The notes below the pieces were generated by a model. It saw only the letters and a list, made by a program, of their open reading frames with translations. It was not told where the DNA came from and ran no database searches. A DNA stretch of 64,000 nucleotides from a virus. Every line of letters starts with the position of its first letter. The first letter of the stretch is position 1. Shown one piece after another: positions 55,464 through 64,000 of this stretch. Location: positions 1-64,000 of the IMG/VR virus record IMGVR_UViG_3300050138_000176, one strand, 5' to 3'. Made by a program: the position numbers and the translations under genes.

Positions 55464-56920
55464 GCGACCGGATGCCGTGGGAGCCGCAGCCTCCCGCACC
55501 GCCGCCGCGACCGGCAGCAGCACCGGCCACGAACGGCCACGCGGACCTGAAGCAGGAACGGCGGCAGCGCGCCGGGTTCAGCGACGCCACGGAGAAGGTT
55601 GATAAACTTCCGCCGCACAGTCCTGAGAGCGAGCAGGGCGTGCTCGGCTGCATCCTATTGTCACCACAATCCTGCGTCGCGGAAGCCGTGGCCGGCGGAC
55701 TGACACCGGACTCGTTTTATGATCTGAGACACCAGACCGTGTTCGATACCATCGTCAAGATGACCGACGACCGGGAGGCCGTGGACATCATCACGCTGTC
55801 ACAGAAGTTAAAGGATAATCAAAGACTGGCCGAGGTTGGCGGTGTGGCCTACCTGAACTCGCTGCCGGACACCGTGCCGAGCGCGGCCAACCTGAGCTAT
55901 TACCTGGACATTGTGCTGGAGAAGGAGGTCCTTCGCAGGATAGTCCACACATGCACCGAGGCGGCAGTTCGCGTCCGGGACCATGAAGGCGAGGTTGATA
56001 ATTTACTGGACGAAGTGGAGCGCGACATCCTGGCGATCCGCCGCAGCGCAGCCATCCCGGACACCAAGTCGCTGATCAGGAGCTCGCTCGACCGGATAGA
56101 GCTGATGCACGAGCAACGCGGCACAGTAGGAGGAATCGCAACAGGATTCACCGACGTGGACAAGCTGACCGACGGCCTGCACGGCAGTGAGATGATCGTT
56201 CTGGCCGGCGAGACCAAGGGCGGCAAGACCTCATTCGCCCTGAACGTGGTGGATCACGCGGCGGTCGCGCTGGCGCTGCCGGTTGGGATATTCAGCCTGG
56301 AGATGTCCGCCGAATCTCTCGTCACCCGGATGCTGTTCACCCGGTCAAGGATCAACGCGAGAAGCGTCCGCGACCAGGGCATGACTGAGCGCGACTTCCC
56401 GGCGCTGACCTCGGCGGCGGCCCGGCTGAACGCGGCCAAGCTGTTCATCGACGACACCGGCGGCCTCACGGTGAGCCAGCTCCGGGCAAGGGCGCGGCGC
56501 TGGGTCCAGCAGCACGGCGTCAAGCTGCTGGTCGTGGACTACCTGCAACTGTTGTCCGCTCCCGAGGTGTCGAAGCGCGGCAGCCGGGAGCAGGAGGTCG
56601 CGGCGATCAGCAAAGGATTGAAAGGTATGGCGAAGGAGCTTGGCGTCCCGGTGCTCGTGCTGATCCAGTTGAACGCGCTCGGCAAGGCCAGGGAATCGCT
56701 CGCCATCGAACAGGATCTGGACGCCTTGTGGGTGCTCAAGCGGCAGGAGGATGATGAAAAGAAGAACGTGAACCGCGAGGCATGGCAGGTGAACCTTGAG
56801 GTTGAGCTGTGCCGCAACGGGCCGACCGGCTACGCTCCGCTCACGTTCCTGGCCGGGATAACCAAGTTCGAGAGCTGTGCTAAAGTGAGCGACGACGAAC
56901 CGCCGCAAGAATCACGTTGA
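55460..56920 (+). CDS. dnaB: Replicative DNA helicase
   Basis: PPHS.ESEQGVLG, GIATGF.DVD.LT.GL, GGKTS, FSLEMS, VVDYLQL, RES.AIEQD.D, RNGPTG. Confidence 0.9.
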   Translation: MSDRMPWEPQPPAPPPRPAAAPATNGHADLKQERRQRAGFSDATEKVDKLPPHSPESEQGVLGCILLSPQSCVAEAVAGGLTPDSFYDLRHQTVFDTIVKMTDDREAVDIITLSQKLKDNQRLAEVGGVAYLNSLPDTVPSAANLSYYLDIVLEKEVLRRIVHTCTEAAVRVRDHEGEVDNLLDEVERDILAIRRSAAIPDTKSLIRSSLDRIELMHEQRGTVGGIATGFTDVDKLTDGLHGSEMIVLAGETKGGKTSFALNVVDHAAVALALPVGIFSLEMSAESLVTRMLFTRSRINARSVRDQGMTERDFPALTSAAARLNAAKLFIDDTGGLTVSQLRARARRWVQQHGVKLLVVDYLQLLSAPEVSKRGSREQEVAAISKGLKGMAKELGVPVLVLIQLNALGKARESLAIEQDLDALWVLKRQEDDEKKNVNREAWQVNLEVELCRNGPTGYAPLTFLAGITKFESCAKVSDDEPPQESR

Positions 56921-56978
56921 CAACCGGCCAGTAACCGGCTATTCATTTTGACAGACGGTAAAAACGACAACGACTATG
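56918..56978 (+). promoter_or_regulatory. Putative promoter and conserved leader of ssb
   Basis: TTGACA at 56918; leader AGACGGTAAAAACGACAACGACTATG resembles the duplicated cassette. Confidence 0.55.
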
Positions 56979-57428
56979 AACTGGAATAAAGTAGAACTGG
57001 CCGGGCACACAACGCGGGACATTGAACTGCGATACCTGCCGAAAGGCACCTGCGTCGGCGACTTCTCGCTGGCGGTCAACCGCAGGTGGAAGGATGACTC
57101 TGGCGAGCAAAAAGAGGAGGTATCCTTTATCAACTGCGTGGCCTTCGGCAAGACCGCCGAGACGCTGGCGCAGTATGTGAAGAAGGGACACCCGCTATTC
57201 ATTGCGGGCCGTCTCCGTCAGGAAACGTGGCAGGACAAGACCACCGGCCAGAACCGGCAGGCGATCAAAGTAATCGTCGGCGAGTTTCAATTCTTGGCGA
57301 AGGCAACCGGCAACGGCACTGCCGCGCCCCGCGCCACGGCTCCCGCCGCAGGCCAGGGCGCCGAGGAGCCGCAGCCGGACGCGGATGCCGGCGGCTACCA
57401 GCCGGGAGATGACGGCGTACCTTTTTGA
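56976..57428 (+). CDS. ssb: Single-stranded DNA-binding protein
   Basis: NKVELAG..TRD.ELRY, FSLAVNR, AFGKTAE, GRLRQ..W.DK, acidic DDGVPF tail. Confidence 0.95.
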   Translation: MNWNKVELAGHTTRDIELRYLPKGTCVGDFSLAVNRRWKDDSGEQKEEVSFINCVAFGKTAETLAQYVKKGHPLFIAGRLRQETWQDKTTGQNRQAIKVIVGEFQFLAKATGNGTAAPRATAPAAGQGAEEPQPDADAGGYQPGDDGVPF

Positions 57429-57429
57429 T

Positions 57430-58536
57430 ATGGCTATCAAGACTAAGATTTCCTGGGCCGACTCGACGATCAACTGGTGGAGCGGTTGCACCATGGTCTC
57501 GCTGCCGGCCACCGGCCTCAAGGAGTCCGGCTGTCTCCATTGCTATGCCAAGGAGCGCGACGACCGGCAGATGCAGGAGCCGGTGAGCCACTGGGGCAAG
57601 GGAGCGAAGCGGCTCAAGCACACCGGCGCGGTGAAGCAGGCGCTGGCGCTGAACCGGAAGCCGTGGATCTGCGACCATTGCGGAAATGCCTTTAGCGGAG
57701 TTGGTGATCCGGTTCTTGCTGGCGGAAACCATTGCTGCGGAAGTGAAAAAGGAGTCAAGCCGTCCGCGCACCGCCGCCGCATCTTCTCACTCAGCCTCGG
57801 TGACATCTTTGACCTGGAAGTGCCGATTGAATGGCTGGCCGAGGCTCTGGATACGATCCGGCAGTGTGACCAGTGCATCTGGATTCTCTGTACCAAGAGG
57901 CTGGAACTGTTCTTTGAGCGCACCGGCGCGGCCATGGATTATGATTTTAACCACGGCAAGCGCACGCTCTGCGGCTGGCTGCGCGACTGGCGCAACGCAA
58001 CTTTGATTCCAAAGAACATCATCCTTCTAACATCGGTCGAGAACCAGGAAGCCGCCGACCTGCGCATCCCGCAACTGCTGCGGATACCGGCGGCGTGCCA
58101 CGGGTTGAGCGTGGAACCCATGTTAGGCCCAGTCCACTTGACGCCATATATCGGCGGCGAGACTCACCAGTGCCAGTGCAAGGGCCGAAAAGGTGTAAAC
58201 AGCCTTGGATTCCACGAGACGGAATACACGCTCCAGAGCAGCGGGCGCGACTGGTTCTGTGTCCATTGCAATACCAAGGCGGTGACACGACCTGCCTGTC
58301 GATGGATAATTCTAGGCGGAGAGAGCGGGCCGTCTGCCAGGCCGTGTGATCCACGATGGATTAAGGACTGCTTGAAGCAGGGACTGGACGCTGGCATCTC
58401 CGTGTTCGTGAAGCAGCTCGGAAGCAATTCGCTTGTGAAGCACAATGACGAACAAACTATCCGCGACAAGAAAGGCGGCGACCCTGCGGAGTGGCCTGAA
58501 TCGCTACGGATACAGCAATGGCCGAAAGGATTTTAA
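57430..58536 (+). CDS. Gp37/Gp68 (DUF5131) family protein with inserted Cys-rich segments
   Basis: TKISWAD.T.N.W.GC...GC.HCYA, LCTKR, TSVENQ, SVEPMLG, WIILGGESG..ARP, FVKQLG. Confidence 0.9.
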   Translation: MAIKTKISWADSTINWWSGCTMVSLPATGLKESGCLHCYAKERDDRQMQEPVSHWGKGAKRLKHTGAVKQALALNRKPWICDHCGNAFSGVGDPVLAGGNHCCGSEKGVKPSAHRRRIFSLSLGDIFDLEVPIEWLAEALDTIRQCDQCIWILCTKRLELFFERTGAAMDYDFNHGKRTLCGWLRDWRNATLIPKNIILLTSVENQEAADLRIPQLLRIPAACHGLSVEPMLGPVHLTPYIGGETHQCQCKGRKGVNSLGFHETEYTLQSSGRDWFCVHCNTKAVTRPACRWIILGGESGPSARPCDPRWIKDCLKQGLDAGISVFVKQLGSNSLVKHNDEQTIRDKKGGDPAEWPESLRIQQWPKGF

Positions 58537-58539
58537 TAA

Positions 58540-59220
58540 ATGAACACACAGGAAACATCAACGTCCTACGCGCCGGACTTCGTAAAGACCTTCATCCAGC
58601 TGGTCGCGGCTTTGTGCGCCAAGCCAAAAGACCTCCGGGTGGAAGTCATTGACGGACATGTTCTGATTGTGAACATCAACCCGCACGCATCCGACTTTGG
58701 GTCGTTGTGCGGCAAGAGGGGGTCAACCATCCGGGCGTTGAAAGTCGTTGGCGGCATGATGGCCGACCGGAAAAGCATCCAAGCAACCTTTGCCCTGAAT
58801 GAAGGCGGCGGCGGCTGGGACAACCGCAGGCAAACGATAGTCAAACCAGATTCAAAGGAATGGACATCGGAAGACCTGGACATGCTGGCCAGCCTGGTCT
58901 GCAAGGAGCTGTTCGACGGCCCGGTGCAGGTGGAATGGAGAAGATTTGGCCCGTCCGATGTGAAAATGACTCTTATCGCTGACGTGCCGCCGTCAAGCAT
59001 TCTGGAAGACGCGATAAACAAATACGTGACGGTGCGCGTGGACCTGGACGGCATGGAGGATGAATCCGACCTGGCAGAAAAGAATGAAGCGGTTTCCAAC
59101 CCTAAACGGTGGTTTGAGAAGCAGATTGGCCGCGTGTTCCATGTCGCCGGCAAGCAGCAGGGTGTCAGGATTGCATTTGAGTTGCGGGACATCAATGAGA
59201 GGAGGAGTCCATTACAATGA
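58540..59220 (+). CDS. KH-domain RNA-binding protein (KhpA-like N-terminus)
   Basis: LV.ALC.KP.DL.V...DFGSLCGKRGSTIRALK with a GxxG loop. Confidence 0.75.
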   Translation: MNTQETSTSYAPDFVKTFIQLVAALCAKPKDLRVEVIDGHVLIVNINPHASDFGSLCGKRGSTIRALKVVGGMMADRKSIQATFALNEGGGGWDNRRQTIVKPDSKEWTSEDLDMLASLVCKELFDGPVQVEWRRFGPSDVKMTLIADVPPSSILEDAINKYVTVRVDLDGMEDESDLAEKNEAVSNPKRWFEKQIGRVFHVAGKQQGVRIAFELRDINERRSPLQ

Positions 59221-59699
59221 AGGCATTGTCTCTCTGGCAACCATGGTCCACATTTATGGCGGACGGTAAAAAACTTATCGAAACCCGCGGATGGGAGACT
59301 TCCTACCGTGGAGAACTCGTCATCTGCTCCGCGAAACGGAAACCGTCACTTGCCGAGTGCGGCGACCAGGCCACGTACGATGCCGCGCTCAAGCTGCCGT
59401 TCGGATTCGCGCTGTGCGTTGTTGACCTTTACGATATAGTGCCAACCAGGAACTTCATCAATGGAGCGCACCGCGCCCTGCTGCCGCTGCGGGTGCTCAC
59501 GCCACAAGAAGCAGAACTTGGCGACTACACGCCAGGCCGGTTCGGATGGATGACAAGGAGGCTGTTCAAGTTCCAGAAGCCGGTGCCGGTCGTCGGCAGG
59601 CAATCACTGTTTGACCTGTCACCGGACGAGGAGCGTCTGGTGCGGGAGCAGTGCGGATATATTGTCACCACATCGAAAGCGCAGGAGGAATTGCTATGA
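59217..59699 (+). CDS. ASCH-domain protein
   Basis: MKALSLWQPW....G.K.IETR.W.T.YRG.L.I. Confidence 0.9.
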   Translation: MKALSLWQPWSTFMADGKKLIETRGWETSYRGELVICSAKRKPSLAECGDQATYDAALKLPFGFALCVVDLYDIVPTRNFINGAHRALLPLRVLTPQEAELGDYTPGRFGWMTRRLFKFQKPVPVVGRQSLFDLSPDEERLVREQCGYIVTTSKAQEELL

Positions 59700-60103
59700 G
59701 CCTCCGCGTCACCCGGCTGCCGGGCCACGCCACCATGTTCTCGGTGGAAGGCGAGTCGTTCGGCTGCTCCCGGACCAGCTACTGTGATTATGTCAATAGC
59801 AGCCAGACACCAACCATCGCCGGTCGCAACTGTCCGAAGTGCGGCCTGGGCGTGCTGGAGCGAAGGAATCATCAAGTTGATTTGGCGATTAATCAATGCG
59901 GATGTGAGGACTTTAAAACACGAAAGTCAATAGCGCAGAGCCTTTTGACGGATGAAGAAATCGCATCCATGACTCAAGATAAAAAAGATACTACAATCAG
60001 ATGCAAACATCTGCGCGCCGCCCGCGCCTTCCTGTGCGGTGACGGCGACGCGCTGGACGCCCTGCTCCAGGCCGTGCCGCAGCAACGGGAGGACGGGCCG
60101 TAA
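59696..60103 (+). CDS. SWIM-type zinc-finger protein
   Basis: VDL...QCGCEDF...CKHL.AAR, with an inserted CxxC ribbon. Confidence 0.6.
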   Translation: MSLRVTRLPGHATMFSVEGESFGCSRTSYCDYVNSSQTPTIAGRNCPKCGLGVLERRNHQVDLAINQCGCEDFKTRKSIAQSLLTDEEIASMTQDKKDTTIRCKHLRAARAFLCGDGDALDALLQAVPQQREDGP

Positions 60104-60612
60104 TGAGTATCACACGCGAAACCATTTTCAGCCCCGATAAACTTTACAGATACACGTTGTGGCGCGAGTTCGGCGGCGAGCTACTATGGGAAGGCGTCAA
60201 CCACCAGAAGCAAGGCTTCGTTCAATGGATCGGGCTTAATCCTTCCGTCGCAGACGACGTGGTTAATGATAACACCATTCGCCGCTGCATGGCCTTCACC
60301 AAGAAGTTCGGCTACGGGGCCATGTGCATGACCAACCTGTTCGCGTGGCGGGCCACCGACCCGGCGGACATGAGGCGGCAGAAAGACCCGGTCGGCCCGG
60401 ACAATAATATGTGGCTTGTATCCTTGGCTGGTGAGGCGTCGCTAATCATTTGCGCCTGGGGCAACCACGGCGCGCACATGGGCCGGGCGCAATTCGTGCT
60501 CAACATCCTAAAGAACGGTCCGCCACTCTATCGGCTCGGCGAACCGAACGCCGACGGCAGCCCCAGGCACCCGCTCTACCTGAAGGAGACGTTGACACCA
60601 GCACCGCTATGA
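60103..60612 (+). CDS. DUF1643 family protein
   Basis: YRYTLWR, IGLNPS.AD...D.TIRRC, NLFAWRATDP, AWG, PRHPLY. Confidence 0.9.
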   Translation: MSITRETIFSPDKLYRYTLWREFGGELLWEGVNHQKQGFVQWIGLNPSVADDVVNDNTIRRCMAFTKKFGYGAMCMTNLFAWRATDPADMRRQKDPVGPDNNMWLVSLAGEASLIICAWGNHGAHMGRAQFVLNILKNGPPLYRLGEPNADGSPRHPLYLKETLTPAPL

Positions 60613-60842
60613 TTTATCAGGCAACAGGCTTCCGTTACTGGTGGCGGCGTTACCTCGGCTGGTTCCCGGTCCAATGGTGCATGGTGTGCGGGCGTCCGTA
60701 CTGGGGAGGCTGGCCGTGGCCGTTCCGGTGGCCGGCAGCGTGGCACTGGATGCCGTGGTGGAAAGATTACTGCTCGCAACAGTGCTGTGATATTGATGAA
60801 CTGGAAATTGATTCGGACAACCTTAAACTGGAATATAAATGA
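60609..60842 (+). CDS. Small Trp-rich protein with Cys motifs
   Basis: CMVCG...YCSQQC; ATGA coupling. Confidence 0.5.
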   Translation: MIYQATGFRYWWRRYLGWFPVQWCMVCGRPYWGGWPWPFRWPAAWHWMPWWKDYCSQQCCDIDELEIDSDNLKLEYK

Positions 60843-61111
60843 TACCACTCACCATTAAAATCTGCGACAAGACACAGAAGGAGCCAGCGTTCCCGGAGCA
60901 GGCCAAGAAGTGGAAAGGTGAACTGACCGACCTCCATGCTTCCGTGCTGGAGGCTGGAACAGTCCAAGGCAATACCACGATCTACCTGAGCGGAAGAACC
61001 AAGGACGGCGGCTGGTATGGTATGCAACTCACGGCAAACCTGCTGCGGACGCTGGTGGCGACCATAGACGGCGCGGAGGCCCGGTGGCGTGTGGAGTCGA
61101 GAAGGAATTAA
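60839..61111 (+). CDS. Hypothetical protein
   Basis: Translationally coupled ORF. Confidence 0.6.
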   Translation: MIPLTIKICDKTQKEPAFPEQAKKWKGELTDLHASVLEAGTVQGNTTIYLSGRTKDGGWYGMQLTANLLRTLVATIDGAEARWRVESRRN

Positions 61112-61702
61112 ATGTCACTCCACGGCTACAAACGCAAGACTGCCGCCGCGATATGGGTCAAGGCATTTCCCGACCAGGTCTCTCCGCCGCTGGCTCGTGC
61201 CGCGAACCAGGCGGCAGGCAGGCGCGTATTCAAAACGGATGGCAATCGTCCGGCATGGCACAAGGCGCTGCCGAAATACATGGCGAAGCAGATGGGTAGA
61301 GATCTCGACGCTGCGGTTAAAAACACAATAGCGCACGCAATTAAGAACTGGCCGAAGCCGATCCGCCGCCGTGCCAGACGGCACCAGGCCACGGACGCCG
61401 AGTACCGGCGCGAGGCGGCGGCGTTTGTGGCGGCGGCAGTGGTGCGTGGCGAGACATGTCCGGTCGTGATCACGATACCAGCTCTGCGGAATGGAATGAA
61501 ATATGGGCATCCTATTTCGGCGCGTCTGAACGAGATACACCACACCAGAGGCAGGGCAGGGAGCCTGCTGCGCGATCAGCGTTTTTGGTTAGCTGTCAGT
61601 AAACAGGGTCATCGATTTATCCATTCAAACATTGAGGAGTCACGGCGGCGCGGCTGGATCTGCGCTGCCGGACTCTGGAACACACCACCAAAGGAAACAT
61701 GA
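61112..61702 (+). CDS. Basic protein with degenerate HNH-like C-terminus
   Basis: CPV...EIHHTRGR.G.LL.D..FWLAV....H..IH. Confidence 0.55.
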   Translation: MSLHGYKRKTAAAIWVKAFPDQVSPPLARAANQAAGRRVFKTDGNRPAWHKALPKYMAKQMGRDLDAAVKNTIAHAIKNWPKPIRRRARRHQATDAEYRREAAAFVAAAVVRGETCPVVITIPALRNGMKYGHPISARLNEIHHTRGRAGSLLRDQRFWLAVSKQGHRFIHSNIEESRRRGWICAAGLWNTPPKET

Positions 61703-62049
61703 ACGACCTATTGAAAACATTGATCGAAAAACTATCACCAGAAGGCGCGGAACGAGTGGCTCTAATCATGGCGGATCGGCTCGGCGGCAACATGCAAATC
61801 GCGCTGCCGCGACTGGAGGCCATGACTGCCACGCTCTGCTCCACCGACGACAGCGCGGGCCAAGCCTGCAAGGAAGCCTGCGACCGGCTGCTGGCCGCCA
61901 TTGCTGGCGCATCCAAGTGGAGCGGAGTGCCGACGCCTGAAGAAACCTACGGAAGTAATATCGGCTGGGCTACCGGCGACGCCATTAAAACGATTCACGC
62001 GCTCACCGCCAAGTTAATCGACATCGCCGCTCCGAAAGTGCAATTCTAA
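61699..62049 (+). CDS. Hypothetical protein
   Basis: AAGGA ribosome-binding site; coupled ORF. Confidence 0.55.
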   Translation: MNDLLKTLIEKLSPEGAERVALIMADRLGGNMQIALPRLEAMTATLCSTDDSAGQACKEACDRLLAAIAGASKWSGVPTPEETYGSNIGWATGDAIKTIHALTAKLIDIAAPKVQF

Positions 62050-62050
62050 C

Positions 62051-62527
62051 ATGACCAAGCTGGACACCATGCGGCGGGAGCTGCGCGAGCGTGTCGAGCG
62101 TGCGCTGCGCGGCGAGTCCTCGCTGCCGGTCAAGCGCCAGTTGCCGCCGCTGGTCACGGCGGCCAGCGTGCTCGCGGAAATCGGCGACAGGAAACGGTTG
62201 CGCCAGTCCAGCAAGCCGCTCTGCAACAAGCTGGAGGCATCGTGGGGCGAGCACCTGAAGCGGACGCTGCCGCCGGAATCGCTTCCGACGTTGCGGCCAC
62301 AGGCGATCCAGTTTCGCCTGTGTAACGGTTCTCAGTATCGACCAGACTGGACTGCGCTGGTGGCCGGGAAGCCGATTGCTTGGGAGTGTAAAGGCGGATC
62401 GAAAATGCACGGAGCGTCAAAGGGGGTCCAAACTGTGAAGCTGGCGGCGTCGCTGTGGCCGGAGTGGACATGGATTTTCGTGTGGCGGGAGCGCGGTGAA
62501 TGGTTCACGCAGGCCGTGTTATCATAA
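62051..62527 (+). CDS. PD-(D/E)XK endonuclease-like protein
   Basis: NKLE...YRPDW...WECKG...K.AA.LWP. Confidence 0.7.
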   Translation: MTKLDTMRRELRERVERALRGESSLPVKRQLPPLVTAASVLAEIGDRKRLRQSSKPLCNKLEASWGEHLKRTLPPESLPTLRPQAIQFRLCNGSQYRPDWTALVAGKPIAWECKGGSKMHGASKGVQTVKLAASLWPEWTWIFVWRERGEWFTQAVLS

Positions 62528-62667
62528 AACCCTTGCAAACATTGAACGTAATCGGTGATAAAATACTTTAAGATATCCGTTGACATCATTCCCGTAAATG
62601 GTATCTTGTCTCCATAAAGGCGCTGGCAACGTGCCGGGGCCAAGACGGTAAATGACTACGACTATGA
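62527..62667 (+). promoter_or_regulatory. Promoter/leader cassette, copy 2
   Basis: TTGACA(62580)-16-TATCTT with an extended TG; repeat of 34246-34388. Confidence 0.85.
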
Positions 62668-63074
62668 CAACGAAACAAATCGACAAGCAGTTTCTGAAAC
62701 TCATGCGGCCAGACATCGATGCCGCGCTCAAGGCGGTCGCCGAAAAGTACGGTGTCCAAATCGCGACAGGCAACGCTTCGTTCTCAGCCAACGAAGCCAC
62801 CTACAAACTCAAGGTCAATGTGATCGGCGAAGGCGGCAAGGTGCTGACGCAGGAAGTGGAACGGCTGGCGCAGTACGGCGAGATGATCGGCCTGCCCGGC
62901 GTCAAGCATGGCGACAAGTTCACCCACAAGGGAAGCGGCTACACGATCTACGGACTCAAAGCCGATATTTCTGGCAAGCATCCGGTAATTGTCGATGGTG
63001 CTGCCGGTCGCCGGTACGCGTTCCCTGTATCCATTATTCAAACCGCCTTAAACACCCAACATAAACCGGCATGA
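62664..63074 (+). CDS. Hypothetical early protein
   Basis: First gene after cassette copy 2; alternative start at 62652. Confidence 0.7.
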   Translation: MTTKQIDKQFLKLMRPDIDAALKAVAEKYGVQIATGNASFSANEATYKLKVNVIGEGGKVLTQEVERLAQYGEMIGLPGVKHGDKFTHKGSGYTIYGLKADISGKHPVIVDGAAGRRYAFPVSIIQTALNTQHKPA

Positions 63075-63385
63075 CCACCACCCAAAAGCTACAGTGCCGC
63101 ACCCTGCTGCGGGCCACCGAGCACATCATAGGAAATGACCGGTACGAAGCCTGTATGGAGGGTGAGTTTGAAAGCGGCAAGTTCAGCAGCCACGGGCCGC
63201 AGGCCAACGCCAAGGAAGTCCGGTCCATGCTGGACACGGTCGGCGTCACGGCGGCGGAAGCCGTGGCCATGCTCACCGAGATTGACCTGAGCCACCGGAT
63301 ACTGCCGGAGTGCGGGCCGGGCCGCTACCGGGACGCCGCGTGCTGGATCGAACAGGCGCTGACGCCGGAACTGGAGGCTGCATGA
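63071..63385 (+). CDS. Hypothetical protein
   Basis: ATGA-coupled ORF. Confidence 0.6.
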   Translation: MTTTQKLQCRTLLRATEHIIGNDRYEACMEGEFESGKFSSHGPQANAKEVRSMLDTVGVTAAEAVAMLTEIDLSHRILPECGPGRYRDAACWIEQALTPELEAA

Positions 63386-63646
63386 ACCCAATAATTTCGG
63401 CAGGCCATAAAGGCCGGCGAGCCACCGCGCCGGAATACAAGACCGGCGATGCACGGGCCGTCCTGCCGACTCGGTCGTCACAGGTTCAATCGCCGGGCGG
63501 TGGCGCAATTCAAATGACCGAACAGGAGAAGGCAGAATTGAACGCTGCCTTCGAGCGGGCGCTGAACCCGAAGCGGATCGTGACGCGGGACTACGGGCTT
63601 AATAATAATACTTGATGTTCTAAACAAATCAGCTATTTTATTTAAA

Positions 63647-64000
63647 ATGTTACGCGCATATAAATATCGCCTATATCCAAATGTTGAACAAAAGGTGTTA
63701 TTATCTAAACACTTTGGCTGCGTGCGATGGGTTTGGAATTGGGCACTGGCGGAGCGCACAAAGGTTTATGAGGCAACCAAGAAAATGGTATCCAAATACG
63801 AGCTATGCAAGCGGTTGCCGGTAATGAAGAAGCAGGAGGCGACTGAGTGGCTTGGTGAAGTAAACGCGCAAAGTTTGCAGGGGGCGCTTCATAATCTGGA
63901 CGAGGCTTACACCAAATTCTTCAGGGAAAAGAAAGGATTTCCAAAATTCAAATCCAAGCATAACTACCAGAGTTTCCAATGCCCGCAAGGAAGCGATGTA
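63647..64000 (+). mobile_element. tnpB: IS200/IS605-family TnpB, 5' part (truncated by the window end)
   Basis: Translated by hand: MLRAYKYRLYPNVEQKVLLSKHFGCVRWVWNWAL...WLGEVNAQSLQGALHNLDEAYTKFF....GFPKFKSK; abrupt drop in GC; no tnpA upstream. Confidence 0.9.

Noticed and set aside
34246-62667. attL/attR or terminal repeats
   Set aside because: Phage genes continue on both sides, no integrase is present, and the repeat has promoter structure with a divergent spacer.
1-64000. tRNA or rRNA genes, and stop-codon recoding
   Set aside because: No cloverleaf or rRNA-like segment was recognised by eye, and genes are intact under the standard code with all three stop codons used.

Overview
A 64 kb stretch of a GC-rich tailed dsDNA phage or prophage genome, coded almost entirely on the + strand. 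Positions 1-34.2 kb are the virion module: a Mu-like protease/scaffold/major capsid ORF, head-tail joining genes, tail tube, about 13 kb of fibre/adhesin genes (many with Sec/Tat signal peptides), tape measure, tail hub, and membrane, lipoprotein and outer-membrane genes. Positions 34.2-64 kb are early/middle genes: Rad50/SbcC-like ATPase, J-domain protein, UvrD and SF2 helicases, three DNA methyltransferases, initiator with iterons, DnaC-like loader, DnaB, SSB, KH and ASCH proteins, HNH endonucleases and the 5' end of a tnpB. No terminase, portal, integrase, endolysin or tRNA was recognised in the window. The standout is 41236-42170. There a promoter drives a stand-alone RAMP/Cas7-like gene followed immediately by a ~285 bp non-coding array of 5-nt NGY-NN units, divided into 8 blocks by an AGCAAAGGC-like punctuation, and then by a UvrD helicase. 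This is a candidate non-CRISPR RNA-guided system. All product calls come from motif recognition by eye; no database searches were run.
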